Source of the DNA: Corallochytrium limacisporum Hawaii
Lineage: Eukaryota; Protista; Pluriformea
DNA length: 64,000 nucleotides
Assembly: GCA_002811645.1 (NCBI GenBank)
Contig: PDIP01000031.1
Span: 77,821 to 141,820 of the forward strand
Reading direction: 5' to 3'
The notes below the pieces were generated by a model that saw only the letters and a list, made by a program, of their open reading frames with translations, made no database searches and was not told where the DNA came from. The position numbers and the translations under genes were made by a program. The number at the start of each line of letters is the position of its first letter. Position 1 is the first letter of the stretch. This document shows, one piece after another, positions 29,101 through 38,583 of the stretch.

Positions 29101-32100
29101 CAGATGCTGGAGAGCGACCTGGAAATCAGCCGGCAGGAAATTGCTGCGGAACGATCGCGTCTGCTGGAAGTTTCGCGGGAGATTGAGACAGAGCGGCATG
29201 TACGGTCTTCCACTCCGACGTTCCCGTCCGAGATGCCATGCACGCAGGAACACTTGGATCCGAAGGTGAAACAGGCCATACGCAATTTGAGCGTACAAGT
29301 AGCTCGCGCAAATACAACGGCAGATGCTCTCACCAGTCAAATGCACGCAGCGAACGACCTCACTCTGCAGCGTATGCGAAGCCTAGAGATCGACCCAGAC
29401 GAAACATTGTTCGAGGACGCCGATGAGATCTTCAGTCCATTGCCCAGCGAAACCGGCCCACTGATGCACACGTTCACTGGTGAGTCCGGTCTCACTGCCA
29501 CTGTGGCAAAGTGCACCAGCTCGATGAGTGTCGTCAACACAAATCTCCACCGCATCCATGCAATTGCCATTCAGCAGCAGCGGATTTACCGAAGCAGCCT
29601 GCGCAAGTCCGACGCATCCCAACCTGCGTCAACGAGGGCCAGTTTACGTGACCCTGCAGTACGTCAGTCGGTGGACATGCAACCCCAGCCGCAGGAGGTT
29701 CTTTCACGGGAAGCCCGCAACGCCCAAACGCTGGTTGAAACGCAGGCGAAGCTCGCTGCCTTGCAACGTCAGTTGCACGAGGAGCATGACCGTCATAGCG
29801 CAACGCAGAACAAGCTCACTGAGACAAACAGGGAGCGAGCGCAAATTGAGCGTGACCTGGAACTGGCCAAAGCCGCACAGGTAAACAGTGCTAAGACCAT
29901 TGATCAGTTGCGTGCCGCCATTAACACCAAGGACCAAGCCGCCGTAAAGACCCAGAAGGAGTTTGAGGGCCTGCTAGTCAGTGCTAAAAACGATCATGCC
30001 GCCGTCCTGGAAGAATTGCGCGTAGATCTAGAGGCTGCCCTCGCTAGTGCGCGCGAGGACCATGAACTTGAACTGACATCTCTGCAAAGCCAGCTGCAGG
30101 ATGTACAGTCCAAGCTTCGTCTTGCGCAAGACGAAGGCATACGCCTACAGCGTACGGTGAACCAATTGCAACTGGACACCACTACACAGTCAAAGAAGGC
30201 TCGGCAAGCAGAATCTTTGAAGACAGATCTTGAAAACTCATTCCGTGGTGCTCAGATGGCTCAGGAGGAGTTGGAGGCCAAGGTTCATGAATACCAGGAT
30301 TTGCTGAAGAGTGTGCTTGAACTGTGTCAACTGAGCGTGCCCAGCATCTCAGACGTGCACGGTTTGCGGTCAGTCTTGGTGCAGAGTGTGAATGATATAC
30401 TGAATGAACGAAACGATCTGAGGACCTTGGCCAAGGAGACATCTCAGCGTGCGGACCACATGCGTCAAGAAGTGGACAAGTGCCGTGATGACCTCACCGA
30501 AATGACGACCGCGCGAGATGCCCTGCAGACTGACCTCCAGCAAGCGAATCTAGAGATCAGTGCGGTCAAGGATCTGGACCAACAGCACCAGTTGGAATTA
30601 CGAAACATCCGAGAGTCTCTGCAAGCAGCAGACGGGCGAGCCAAGGCTGCGCATAAGGCACGCGAGCAGGCAGAAGAAGGAGTTAAGGGTGCGTTGGAGC
30701 AAAAGAGCATTGTCGAACGCGAACTGGCTACCACCAAGCACCAGGTTGAGAGCCTGCGGCTTCAGTATGAAAGCATTGAACAGGAACGGGATGGCGAGAG
30801 CAAGAGAATAACTGAGCTCACGAACGCCCGAGCCATGCTGGAGCAGAAGATTGGAGCCATGCAGCGGGAACTGGACTACTCGCAGAAGAGGGAAAAGGAG
30901 CAACAGGACCAACTCAATGATCTGCGATCCTCACTGGCGACCTCTCAGCAGAAAATTCGAGACGAAGCATTTGAGGCCAAGCAACAAGCCGACGTTGAAC
31001 TAGCCAATGTCCGGCGTGACCTTCGGCAAGTCAAATCTGCTCTTGACCTCATGCAGCAAGACCGGGATACTCAGAAAACCCGTGCAGAGGACGCCTTACG
31101 AACAGCGTCAGATGCTCAGAACCGAAGCACTAGGTTACAGTTCGATCTGGACACGTCTCAGGAACGTGAACGCCAGCTGCAACTGGACATACGCAATGCC
31201 GAAGACCGTGCGACAAAGGCGGAGACGACTCTACGTAACGCACAAAGCACTCACAAACAGGAGCAGGACATGTTCAAGGAGCAGATCCGCCGCCTGCGCA
31301 AGGACCTTGATGAGGCACGGGATATGGGTAACGGCCTGCGAACCCAACTCGAGACCACCGTAGAGGCGGCGGAGCAATCCAAGAATATATTGCAGGCAGA
31401 TCTAGACGCCGCCCTGTCGCGTGAACAAGATCTACGAAGCAAGTACCAGGGCGTGGCAGAGGAGATGGAAGCCATGAAGGCTTCTGCTATCCGGTCCCTG
31501 CAGCGCGAGGTCGAAGACCTGAAATTGACCACCGTGGATCAGCAGGAGGCTATGAACAGACTGCAAGAGTCCAACCGCCAATTCCAGGCCGAGCTGGAGG
31601 CCGCCAATGATGCCAAGAAAAGAGCCCTTCAAGACCTTGCCACTGCACGTGAGGCAAAGCGCCGGCTTGAAAGTGCAGTACAGATGTCCAGTATGGAGAC
31701 ACAGAATACCCAAGCAGAGCTGAACACTAGTCGCGCAAACCATGACGACGAGCTTAAACGTCTGTATCATGAGATCAGCTCTCTGAAACAGGAATTGACG
31801 GACAAAGAGGACTGGAGTGCGGAGGCACAGCGCAAGATCTTGTCCCTTGAGGCCTCCAACAAGTCGCTGCGCAATGCCCAGGCTCCGCGCAAGGATGAGG
31901 AAACACTCCGATCGACTCTAAATCAATCCACTTCTTCAGTACAAAGCACGATGGAGCCGGACCCATCCCTTGCCATAGAGAACAAGACCCTCCAGGCCGA
32001 GGTGCAAGACTTACAGATCAAGGTCTCCGCTTTCAAGAAAGTCGAACACCAGTTGCGTCGCGATCTGGAGCGGAAGACCACGGCGGAGCGCAACTCAGAT

Positions 32101-32901
32101 CAGAAGCGAGTCGCTGTGCAGGACGACTTTGAAATGCTAAAGAATGAGAACGAGGACCTCAGCAAGCAAGTTCAGGGGCTGATGTCTGAATTGGCTGAAG
32201 CCCGCAATGCGGAGCGCAGCAGTGACACGCAGATCAAGACGAAAGACAACGAAATCTTGCGTATGAAGGCCAAGATCGAAGAGCTACAGAAGGAGTCTAA
32301 TACTCTCCGCGAGCAGATCCGAGGTATTCGTGAGAAATTGTCTCATGATGATGTTCTAAATTCGGACTGGCAAGAGGCGGGAATGGCCCTGCTCTCCGAA
32401 CTCGCCCACGAGATCAAAGGGGAGGAGGCCGACGTAACCACGGCTGCCCTGAACCCCTCAACGTTGGTGGAGAAGGCCTCTCGCATGTTGCGTCAGCTGA
32501 ACGGGGACATTGCGAACATGCAGCAGGATGGGCGTCTGACTACAAATGCTTTCAACACCCTGGTCAAGCTCATCTGCATGAAGCTTGACCCACAAGCCCC
32601 CGTCATTGCAACCGACAACACAACACCAATGGATGCGCTCGAGTCCTGCCGGAGCATCATCAACCACGTCCATGCCAGCATGCAAGACTTTGTCAAAGTT
32701 CAGGATGACGCGGAGTACAATTACCGTGTTGCTGAGGAAGCAGCAAGTCAGGTCCAACGGCTGAACCAGGAGAATAGCGATCTTCAACGCCAGCTGAACT
32801 CAACTAAACGGAACCTGAGTCATCTGCTTTCAAGCTATAACGTTCTTGAGGAACGCCTGCTCCTGCCGGGATCCTCGCGGAACCAAATCAACGAGCCCTA
32901 A
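23176..32901 (+). CDS. Giant coiled-coil protein (3241 aa), possibly centrosomal or rootletin-like
   Basis: 9.7-kb uninterrupted ORF with E/Q/R/L/K heptad composition over about 3000 aa and an N-terminal Ser/Pro-rich region. First ATG at 23176 (gccATG). Family not identified. Confidence 0.85.
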   Translation: MPIPLATVKRIYEFAEAREGKHHVSGVLVANLLDSVVSFARDLKKEDQSYINVSVVPRLMKAGHQSRLAYQEFLDLFAGNARSRSPSPTSHQVFLTSPLTSPRKPSRARSRSPPASIQKNSPGRIPSNASMQSAELNQSFRSELADLEDRAVRAEEEVQALNSALSYKVSDLRAAEQYMQIIANVCRMDFVVHSRGIQESTKLIVRRIYKLTSERRSAFEKATHYGKQLDSVKKEVRELSRMLADSDRKLAIAQQDSARAREELQKARTDAERARKEMVITTVRQQSRSTSPSQVPSPPKAESPVRAGARSPARQGQIKSSGLTENDLEGSLSNILMQSKKFGATANILKSYMRREAEMTDELQLFRTRCTALDEDLKLSQKQRDFLKKREQETERLIAELRGELDSVREELDHLRKQSVRIEPSPLDVSLESTNRLTEVETMARRLKNELSIVNQEKHDLTAQRDVLQDKVTEMHSQLAAARETIAGQETQITDLMQEIASVDDSKLHLEAKLQKENQKLAKDINELSSKVASGQNIHRELGEKVREVRKLETHLSDSKALVEELRNEVETLEKKVKLGEEQRVQLQVSARQAQSELQATKDALVNMRDNQASLETRAETLQSQHGLLKAKTIDQQSRLAELLDKTKEQQVLINSLTDRSSSLEARTRTAEKARRTAEDRITELEGQLETSDRDLDRVRSDLLMAQRGADAAEQRERDMESMTKQQLTERDEMIAHLRADLEGVLGDRDMLEKRLHDTNRALDATNRDLKKSNDRATYVEDKMKALSTEHQTNQRNLHASERNVNSLKSDVSRLEGEVKDFKRENDKLVAELDQKTLALAKQNENFKILEREKEADSRQLKLTEEELRAMQNAMRDMEQMMKTYQTDLDTTRMDMRRFDGNERVHKEELDRMNERLSNLVEAKRTLEHALTQKEQQFGMDFDQISVRLHEVERNLEATQHALEMKDRLLQNSLKEQEKLEDQAFDLKRRLDEANSAVERSIEEGRRLEAELMHSKNQITSLSGERDRLVNAESQLRDQLRSAEKSLQDAKDRLHANQNEQSSLNTERMNIMREMDQLHVTIRQLEERHQLDTTAIERITAEATELRGQHERTIFELRNFDGEKSRLLGERDRFASDMNALKKELAQANGLIKEKEDQITVLKNQQRDLLLEQSRMKEQTNDQRHKIEILTRDHLNTSHNAEATQKDLLRVQAQLNDAKRAAEDITHAREAAVREAETQRRRAEELKQHYDDVLRKLDGTRDDIERMKQQVVSAERERDASKQELMMLHRNNQELSLRGNNLASRCTAAETQIRDLGQRLSEATSDITLKNRELSDLRRARDEDDVAGLRLEKTRLESMLNEHQNENRSLISQLDRMDRTIEDYKERLSQVETERNAASSSRESLTAELARESAALEGAKDTLDRLEKEVSRLQSELSSERSKVERNRDALSESEREVNNLKHKNETLTFKIEELRQTLQSHKDAETVLQQTVSSYETHVVRDLTTDLDETRTGIASLRSELSAARENLRTSAKERGEALSAKLEAQRALERCEARLNEVRAELTKERAEKQRLSGEKVSLQATIDRLGRELEKLSKEQDQSIRNKHDADGNFASLREKFESTEDLLSFTQASLEARERDLHEAEELHSRVVTELKSYCSELERKVESMTSQVRQERRSSRELTEELQASRRASRDAQNTVSKLTSALEQYETDIALLNERNAVLQRQLDETGQAIAEAKDGKSEMERTMQKVESDLNASVSNARELQSQVETLQEDYSSMVEGLGRQKTVTNELHTELAKWKKTAADKTYENDLLRQDVERHRQNLTKAYESHQKQRNDLGKEILDLHEELATVRREREAVQSDFEDASGQIESLETQLTAQKEAVSADRQRYREQARKVEELSSELLVKTRDLEALHSMLQKTLNDHQAHVAELNSQMGRSVEDNSGLQEQISKLKHVDRELRDELEGLRSRCQMLESDLEISRQEIAAERSRLLEVSREIETERHVRSSTPTFPSEMPCTQEHLDPKVKQAIRNLSVQVARANTTADALTSQMHAANDLTLQRMRSLEIDPDETLFEDADEIFSPLPSETGPLMHTFTGESGLTATVAKCTSSMSVVNTNLHRIHAIAIQQQRIYRSSLRKSDASQPASTRASLRDPAVRQSVDMQPQPQEVLSREARNAQTLVETQAKLAALQRQLHEEHDRHSATQNKLTETNRERAQIERDLELAKAAQVNSAKTIDQLRAAINTKDQAAVKTQKEFEGLLVSAKNDHAAVLEELRVDLEAALASAREDHELELTSLQSQLQDVQSKLRLAQDEGIRLQRTVNQLQLDTTTQSKKARQAESLKTDLENSFRGAQMAQEELEAKVHEYQDLLKSVLELCQLSVPSISDVHGLRSVLVQSVNDILNERNDLRTLAKETSQRADHMRQEVDKCRDDLTEMTTARDALQTDLQQANLEISAVKDLDQQHQLELRNIRESLQAADGRAKAAHKAREQAEEGVKGALEQKSIVERELATTKHQVESLRLQYESIEQERDGESKRITELTNARAMLEQKIGAMQRELDYSQKREKEQQDQLNDLRSSLATSQQKIRDEAFEAKQQADVELANVRRDLRQVKSALDLMQQDRDTQKTRAEDALRTASDAQNRSTRLQFDLDTSQERERQLQLDIRNAEDRATKAETTLRNAQSTHKQEQDMFKEQIRRLRKDLDEARDMGNGLRTQLETTVEAAEQSKNILQADLDAALSREQDLRSKYQGVAEEMEAMKASAIRSLQREVEDLKLTTVDQQEAMNRLQESNRQFQAELEAANDAKKRALQDLATAREAKRRLESAVQMSSMETQNTQAELNTSRANHDDELKRLYHEISSLKQELTDKEDWSAEAQRKILSLEASNKSLRNAQAPRKDEETLRSTLNQSTSSVQSTMEPDPSLAIENKTLQAEVQDLQIKVSAFKKVEHQLRRDLERKTTAERNSDQKRVAVQDDFEMLKNENEDLSKQVQGLMSELAEARNAERSSDTQIKTKDNEILRMKAKIEELQKESNTLREQIRGIREKLSHDDVLNSDWQEAGMALLSELAHEIKGEEADVTTAALNPSTLVEKASRMLRQLNGDIANMQQDGRLTTNAFNTLVKLICMKLDPQAPVIATDNTTPMDALESCRSIINHVHASMQDFVKVQDDAEYNYRVAEEAASQVQRLNQENSDLQRQLNSTKRNLSHLLSSYNVLEERLLLPGSSRNQINEP

Positions 32902-34254
32902 AAGTGACTCGAATGCTTTGTAACATAGTCCCACAACTTAAAGAAAAGACAGATTTTGTTCAATTCTTGCTAATGTGTTCTGATGTCGCAAATCACACGC
33001 AGGCGCTCACATATCATCTCTCCCTCCTGCACGACGACCATCCTCCGCACCGCCACCGCCTCAGTCACTACGGAGTAGACCTGGGTGGCTCTGGATACAC
33101 TCCATCATAGCGGGACCCCCGCAGTCAGCCATTCACTACTGGCAACGAACCGCTTCCTATTCATCTCTGATACATGTCTGCCCCTCACATGAAAACCGAC
33201 GAATCCTAGTACATTGAGTATGGGAAATGAATACGTTCTTCCCCCCTCCCCCTCCCCCCTCCTTTCTTTGCTGCGTTCTCTCGTCTCCCGTAGAGAGTCT
33301 TGCGTCGGCGCAATCGATTCCTTGCTTCCTTCCCTGCCTTTCCTTCACGGCCGTGAACCTGCCTTGCTCCGCCCTGGCGACCGGAGGACCCAATCCAAAT
33401 TTTTTAACCCGTTCCAGGTCCGAAGCAAAGTGTGGTAACGCGGAAAGTTTTTAACTATCCCGGATTCGCGGGCATGCCGAAAACCCTTCGAACATTCATA
33501 AGCAAATACGGAAGACTCAGTAGGAGCGGTGAGTTACGGACCCTGGTATCACCCGTATTAAGTGTAGGATGTAAGGCGGAAAAGACGGGGGCGAATGTAA
33601 AAAAAATAAGGTTTGGAAAATAAAATCACCGGGAGGCATAGGAAATGACTGGGAACCGCCTCGCCCAACCAACCAAGCGATAAAAAAAATAAACCAACAC
33701 CCCTCCGGTGCCCGATAGAGCACAGGAGGCTATCAGTCCACCTCCTCGCAGTTGGGGTAGCACCACCCACCACCACCACTCTCTCTCGCTTCCCGCCGCC
33801 GTGTTCAGCGAATGGCTGCTGTCCGATAGCGCGCCGCTTGTGCGATTGCGCCAGAGTAGGTTCAGTAAAATAGAGGGAGGGGGGGGGGAAGGCAAAAACT
33901 ATCAGCAAACAGCCCCTACGCCCTTAAGCGGGGAGGGGGGGGGGGTTGTCCGCTTAACGCAAAGAATCTCCTGCGATCATCAAACCCCCTTCCTCCCGCA
34001 CTGCTCGTTTTGTACCCAATGTCCTGCGTGGGCCCTGCATTTCCCGTTCAATGTGGCTCACTTCCCCAAGGGGAAGAGAAGGAAACGTGGGTATAGTGAG
34101 GGTGTGGGCCCAAGAATGGGAAAGTGTAAGACCCGGAAGGGTTTAGGGGGAGGTGAGGGGGTGTGTATGTTTGGTTGGGAGCAAAACGAGAAAGGAAGAT
34201 CTTTTTATGGAGAAAACTTGGGCACCTAAGTACCGCCGGAGGTAAAGGAACCAT

Positions 34255-34320
34255 AAAGAAAAGAGAGAAGGGGGAGGGAGGGAGAAAAGGAAAATAAAAA
34301 AGAGAGAAGGAAACGGGAGA
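34255..34320 (+). repeat. Polypurine tract
   Basis: 66 nt with only two pyrimidines, containing AAAAGAGAGAAGG twice. Confidence 0.85.
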
Positions 34321-34706
34321 CCGAGTTGGACCTAGCCTCCAACTCAGATGAAATTGGGAGAGGAAGGAAGAAACGACGGTTGCTTAGGTATTCACCGACC
34401 CCGCTCCAAGCCCCTACCCCACCAACAGCCAACGAACACACGAGCGAGGAAGGCGCCGAGTTGGGGGATGCGAATAGGGAAGCGAGGTAAGGAGGGGGAG
34501 GGGCTTACCAAAGTGGGCCTGAATGTACCAGACTCTGCGGCGACTGTGCCGATGGTCTTGAGGTGGGCCAGGAGTGAAAGATGACGCCTTCTGTAAATGA
34601 TCCTCCTTGTTACGCTGCTGCTGCCTTTGGTGATCCGCTTGGGCGTGCCTGGTATGTGTGTTAACTGATGTGCTGCGTGGACAGGACTTCGTCAAGAGCT
34701 ACCAGT

Positions 34707-34714
34707 TATAAATA
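34707..34714 (+). promoter_or_regulatory. TATA-box-like TATAAATA upstream of the membrane receptor-like gene
   Basis: Consensus match at the GC-rich/AT-rich boundary, 287 nt before ATG 34994. Confidence 0.4.
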
Positions 34715-34725
34715 TATTTTTTTTT

Positions 34726-34766
34726 GGTTTATTGCCGAGTAGTGTAGGTTTATTGTTGAGTAGTGT
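34726..34766. repeat. Imperfect 21-bp tandem duplication GGTTTATTG(CC/TT)GAGTAGTGT
   Basis: Two adjacent copies differing at 2 internal positions. Confidence 0.8.
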
Positions 34767-34993
34767 GGTTCTGGTAGTAACTCAATCGGACTGTAGTCAT
34801 ATTTCAACTGTGTAGCCTGGAATTGGGAGCCAATGTATGGGAGTGCACATATGTGAAGTACGAGAACTGTGGAGTTAAAGAAGACCGGTTCTTCATATTA
34901 TTTTGATCATTTGGGAACTATGTAAGCAATTATAAGACACCTTTGTCTTCAGGGACAAAAATGTAAATATTAATTGTTCATCGGGTTACTTTC

Positions 34994-37900
34994 ATGCCTG
35001 AACAAGAAACAGAAGAAATGACAGGTCCTGGCCAACAATTCCCAGGGTCACGAGCTGTCCGGAACAGCCACTGGTGGTCAATCAAATGGTTGTTGATACT
35101 CCTGTCATGGTTTCAGCTGGTCTGTGGACAGGAAGTGACCCAGGTGGGAAGTGGAAATTTAACATATGTAGATCTAGGATTCCCGATCGAGGATGAGCTG
35201 GTCTCTACCATTGGAATTCGGTTCGCATTAGACGTTCCAGTAGAATTGGGAACTGTTGCCATTGAGGCAATTATGGCGTTTGCGGGTGAGGCTCCTTATA
35301 TTAATTTAATACCCTTCGAGGATCCGTTGTTTACAGAGATACTGCCGCTTTCGAAATGGCAGTACCTGTACAGTGTGAATCGTGGAGACATTTCTGTGGA
35401 AGCTCCAGCCGAAGGAGATCTGTATTTCTTGGTACTTCCTTCAAATGCGCCCATTACATTCGATCTGAACGGACAGCCAATTTTGACCGCTAGCAACCTC
35501 CTAATATTTGGCAAGAACGCACCGAACGGCCAAACTGACTATAATGAGCTTGAGGACTTAATTAGTTACGTTAGTGGAAACCCGGATCGCTATCCCATGC
35601 TGTGGAATTTCATGGAGGAATACCTTCAAGAAGGAGAGTATAGTGTGCTCAGTAACGTCATAACTTGTTCCAGGTTTGCCTTCAGAGTACCGAATGAAAT
35701 TCAATGTCAAATCTGCCCCGATGACAGGGTCAATGTGGACGGCACCCCAACAGGGTGTGTGTGCAGCGTAAACACGTACACAACACCAGCAAATACTTGT
35801 GAACCCTGCATTCAGGGTGAGCTATGTCTGAGTGCTAACTTAACTGCACCATTGATTGCACCCGGATACTGGGGTGAGGTCACGAATGAAAGCTACGGTG
35901 ACCTTTTTGAGAATAGCACACAACAGCTGTTCCAGTGCCGCAATCAAAGATTTTGCCAAGGTGGCAACGCACTGGGCGAATCGAACAATTGCATCGATGG
36001 TCACACTGGCTTCCTGTGCGAAGAATGTGAAACAGAATACCATCGAGTGCGTAACAGTTGTCAGAAGTGCTCACTTCAAACCCTTAGAGTGGTCGGTGGG
36101 ATTGTTGTTTGTTTACTGGCAGCATTTGCCTTGTATGCCTTGCCATGGCTCTATAATACCAGTCCCTCGTTCATTCTGCTGATGCAATTTCTTCAGTTCA
36201 ATGCTCTGCTGTACCAGCTCCGCATCGATCTTTTCAATGACGCATCCCTAGATGCCATTGGTTCGGTAGTCCTCTTCAATCCACAGTTGTCACTGATTGG
36301 CTGCCACTTTGGAGACGGTGTCGAAGTCTTTGTCCTGGCCCAGTTGGTGATCTTCGCCCTCATTATTATGATTCAGGTGACCATTTTGCTGTGCGCAAAT
36401 ACAATGAATCGCCTGCTTGACTTTTGGGTTGCGAAAGTGCACAACCGGAAAGACCGTGCAGCGGAGGCAAGAGCTGCGTGCAGCCCAGGCGGGGACCCTG
36501 ACTGCCTTGAAGCCATCCCCGATACGGAGGATGGCGGTAGTTCATCGTCACCTGTGGAACAGATACACCGGACAACAAACGGCACTGAGGTTAAATTTGC
36601 AAGGGATACGAAGGATGACCGGTCGATGTCAACAAGTAGTACCTCCGACACATCTTCTAAGATAGAAAAGCCGAATAGTGTGAGAGAACGTCGAAGAGTT
36701 CCTCCCATTGCGAACATGCCGCGCAGGCGCCAGTCTAATAGTGACAGCAGCAACGGAATCCCTGCGGCCGGAACTGCCAGGCAAGCTGCGAGCCAAACTG
36801 GGGATCGCCCACCGGAACCTGAACGGCGACACTCTCCTGATATTATCTTGCTCAGCTACCAGACCATTTTTGTGACTCTGGAACTCATGTACTATCCATT
36901 AGTTGCGGCTGCCTATCTGAGTTTTGCTTGTCGGAGCGTAATCTCTGTTCCGGATGGCGTAGACGTTCGTTTCATCAACACTGACGTGACTCAAGCGTGC
37001 GAAAACGCATCTAGTGGCGCCATGCTGGCTGTGTCTCTGCTGACCCTGCTATTGTATGGTGGTGGGTGGCCCCTGCTCGAGTACGTTTGCTACGTCTGGG
37101 CCAAGCACGCTGGCGAGAAGACATTGAAGGAGGCCTTTAAGTCCTGGTGGAGGAGGGTCTTGCCGAAGAGGCAAAAGAAGGACAGCGATGATAGGGATGA
37201 TGCTGATGGTAATCATGATGGCGATCAGGGACATGATCAGAGCGTCGAATCGGACTTGCCGTTGCCAATGCCCGAGTTGACCGACAGTATTCGAGTAACC
37301 CAGCCCCCGCAGTCTGCGAGCGCTGGCATCCGTCTCGATGGGCCTGCTATGAACGGACCCGTTGCTGGCAGGCGTGAGCTGATCAACCGTACGGCGCCAT
37401 GGACACGTGAGGGCGGTAGCACTGGAGAGCATGTTCTACACCGTAGCGGTTCCCGTAGTTCTGGCACTCCCAATGGAAGCGTATCTGGCGCCCTGGCGGC
37501 AACAGGCAGTTCTGTGATGCCAAGTACTACACTGCCCGTTGAAACTTCCGTGACAGCACCCAATACTGGCGTGCGCCGCGACTGGGATAATCCGCCAGAC
37601 GGTTGGAGCACGGCGGTGTTGAAGCCGGCCATGAGCCGCTTCCGTGAGGGACAGGAGTACAAATTGTTCTTTTTCTACCTGCGCGCCTGTGCGGTGAGCA
37701 CATGCCTGGCCCTAATCCGCGAAGAAGGTTATTCCGCTATTATCACAGCTGGTGCACTGTTGCTGATTTCCGCCGTAGAACTTGTGGACAAGCCCTACCG
37801 GAGCCAATTGCACCACATTCTTGCTCTCATCATGACCTACAGCAGTTCCTTCATTCTCATTATTGGCATTGCCATCCTATCCCGCGACAATGCGGCGCCA

Positions 37901-38383
37901 AAGTTTGGGGATGTGAACTATGGCATTCTGCTGGCTGTCGTGGCCACCCTTCTGCTTGGTGTGATAGCGGATTTCGTCTACTGGTTCAATCCAAAGTGGG
38001 ACTTCTACGGCCTCATGCAGCCACCACCGGTCCGCAGAGCCCGTGTACCCGGGGAATACCCGGCCGAAGCGGACCGCGCCAGCGTCGAGGGTCTGCCCGT
38101 GCCGTATTCTGTTGGGGCCGACTTGTCCTTACACAACCCTCCGCAGTCTGCGCTAACTGTCCATAGCGCAAACTCTCCACCACCTATTGCGAATCTCGAT
38201 CGTCATCAAGCGGTGCGGACTGAAGTGGACTGTCAGACCCTGCAGCGACTGAAGCGCAAAGGGATTGACCTCTGGGAGCCGGTGGACGTTGATCATGTCT
38301 ACCCGTACTTTTCAGTCATGGATACAACAAGCAGCAGTCTGAGCCAGAGCTCCTCCGGCAGTTCTGGGCACGGTAGATGCTGA
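34994..38383 (+). CDS. Cell-surface multi-pass membrane protein: signal peptide, Cys-rich ectodomain, about 9 TM helices (TRP/FLC-like membrane domain)
   Basis: Hydrophobic WLLILLSWFQLVCG. Cys-rich CxxC...PGYW...C...CQGG...CIDGHTGFLCEEC...CQKC module. About 9 hydrophobic segments including L..KPY, and two long low-complexity loops. Confidence 0.8.
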   Translation: MPEQETEEMTGPGQQFPGSRAVRNSHWWSIKWLLILLSWFQLVCGQEVTQVGSGNLTYVDLGFPIEDELVSTIGIRFALDVPVELGTVAIEAIMAFAGEAPYINLIPFEDPLFTEILPLSKWQYLYSVNRGDISVEAPAEGDLYFLVLPSNAPITFDLNGQPILTASNLLIFGKNAPNGQTDYNELEDLISYVSGNPDRYPMLWNFMEEYLQEGEYSVLSNVITCSRFAFRVPNEIQCQICPDDRVNVDGTPTGCVCSVNTYTTPANTCEPCIQGELCLSANLTAPLIAPGYWGEVTNESYGDLFENSTQQLFQCRNQRFCQGGNALGESNNCIDGHTGFLCEECETEYHRVRNSCQKCSLQTLRVVGGIVVCLLAAFALYALPWLYNTSPSFILLMQFLQFNALLYQLRIDLFNDASLDAIGSVVLFNPQLSLIGCHFGDGVEVFVLAQLVIFALIIMIQVTILLCANTMNRLLDFWVAKVHNRKDRAAEARAACSPGGDPDCLEAIPDTEDGGSSSSPVEQIHRTTNGTEVKFARDTKDDRSMSTSSTSDTSSKIEKPNSVRERRRVPPIANMPRRRQSNSDSSNGIPAAGTARQAASQTGDRPPEPERRHSPDIILLSYQTIFVTLELMYYPLVAAAYLSFACRSVISVPDGVDVRFINTDVTQACENASSGAMLAVSLLTLLLYGGGWPLLEYVCYVWAKHAGEKTLKEAFKSWWRRVLPKRQKKDSDDRDDADGNHDGDQGHDQSVESDLPLPMPELTDSIRVTQPPQSASAGIRLDGPAMNGPVAGRRELINRTAPWTREGGSTGEHVLHRSGSRSSGTPNGSVSGALAATGSSVMPSTTLPVETSVTAPNTGVRRDWDNPPDGWSTAVLKPAMSRFREGQEYKLFFFYLRACAVSTCLALIREEGYSAIITAGALLLISAVELVDKPYRSQLHHILALIMTYSSSFILIIGIAILSRDNAAPKFGDVNYGILLAVVATLLLGVIADFVYWFNPKWDFYGLMQPPPVRRARVPGEYPAEADRASVEGLPVPYSVGADLSLHNPPQSALTVHSANSPPPIANLDRHQAVRTEVDCQTLQRLKRKGIDLWEPVDVDHVYPYFSVMDTTSSSLSQSSSGSSGHGRC

Positions 38384-38583
38384 GCTAGGATGTCATTGAT
38401 CTCGAAAGAGATTTAAGACTGAGTTCAATGTCACACTAAATTTCTTCGAAATGTGCTTTATAGATTGTTATTGGATTTGATTTTCTGCTATTTGTGGGCC
38501 TACTATGATGTAACGGAAAGGCAGCTAATGTCTTTGTTGAAGGTGAGCCAAACCCTAATCTTTTGAAGCAATTGAAGCCGAGA

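Noticed and set aside
33924-33957. TTAA-bounded inverted repeat as a piggyBac-type element
   Set aside because: Only 34 bp, no transposase and no second copy in the window. Kept only as a hairpin note.
38550-38558. AAACCCTAA telomere-like/telobox motif
   Set aside because: Single copy in a 3' flank, consistent with chance.
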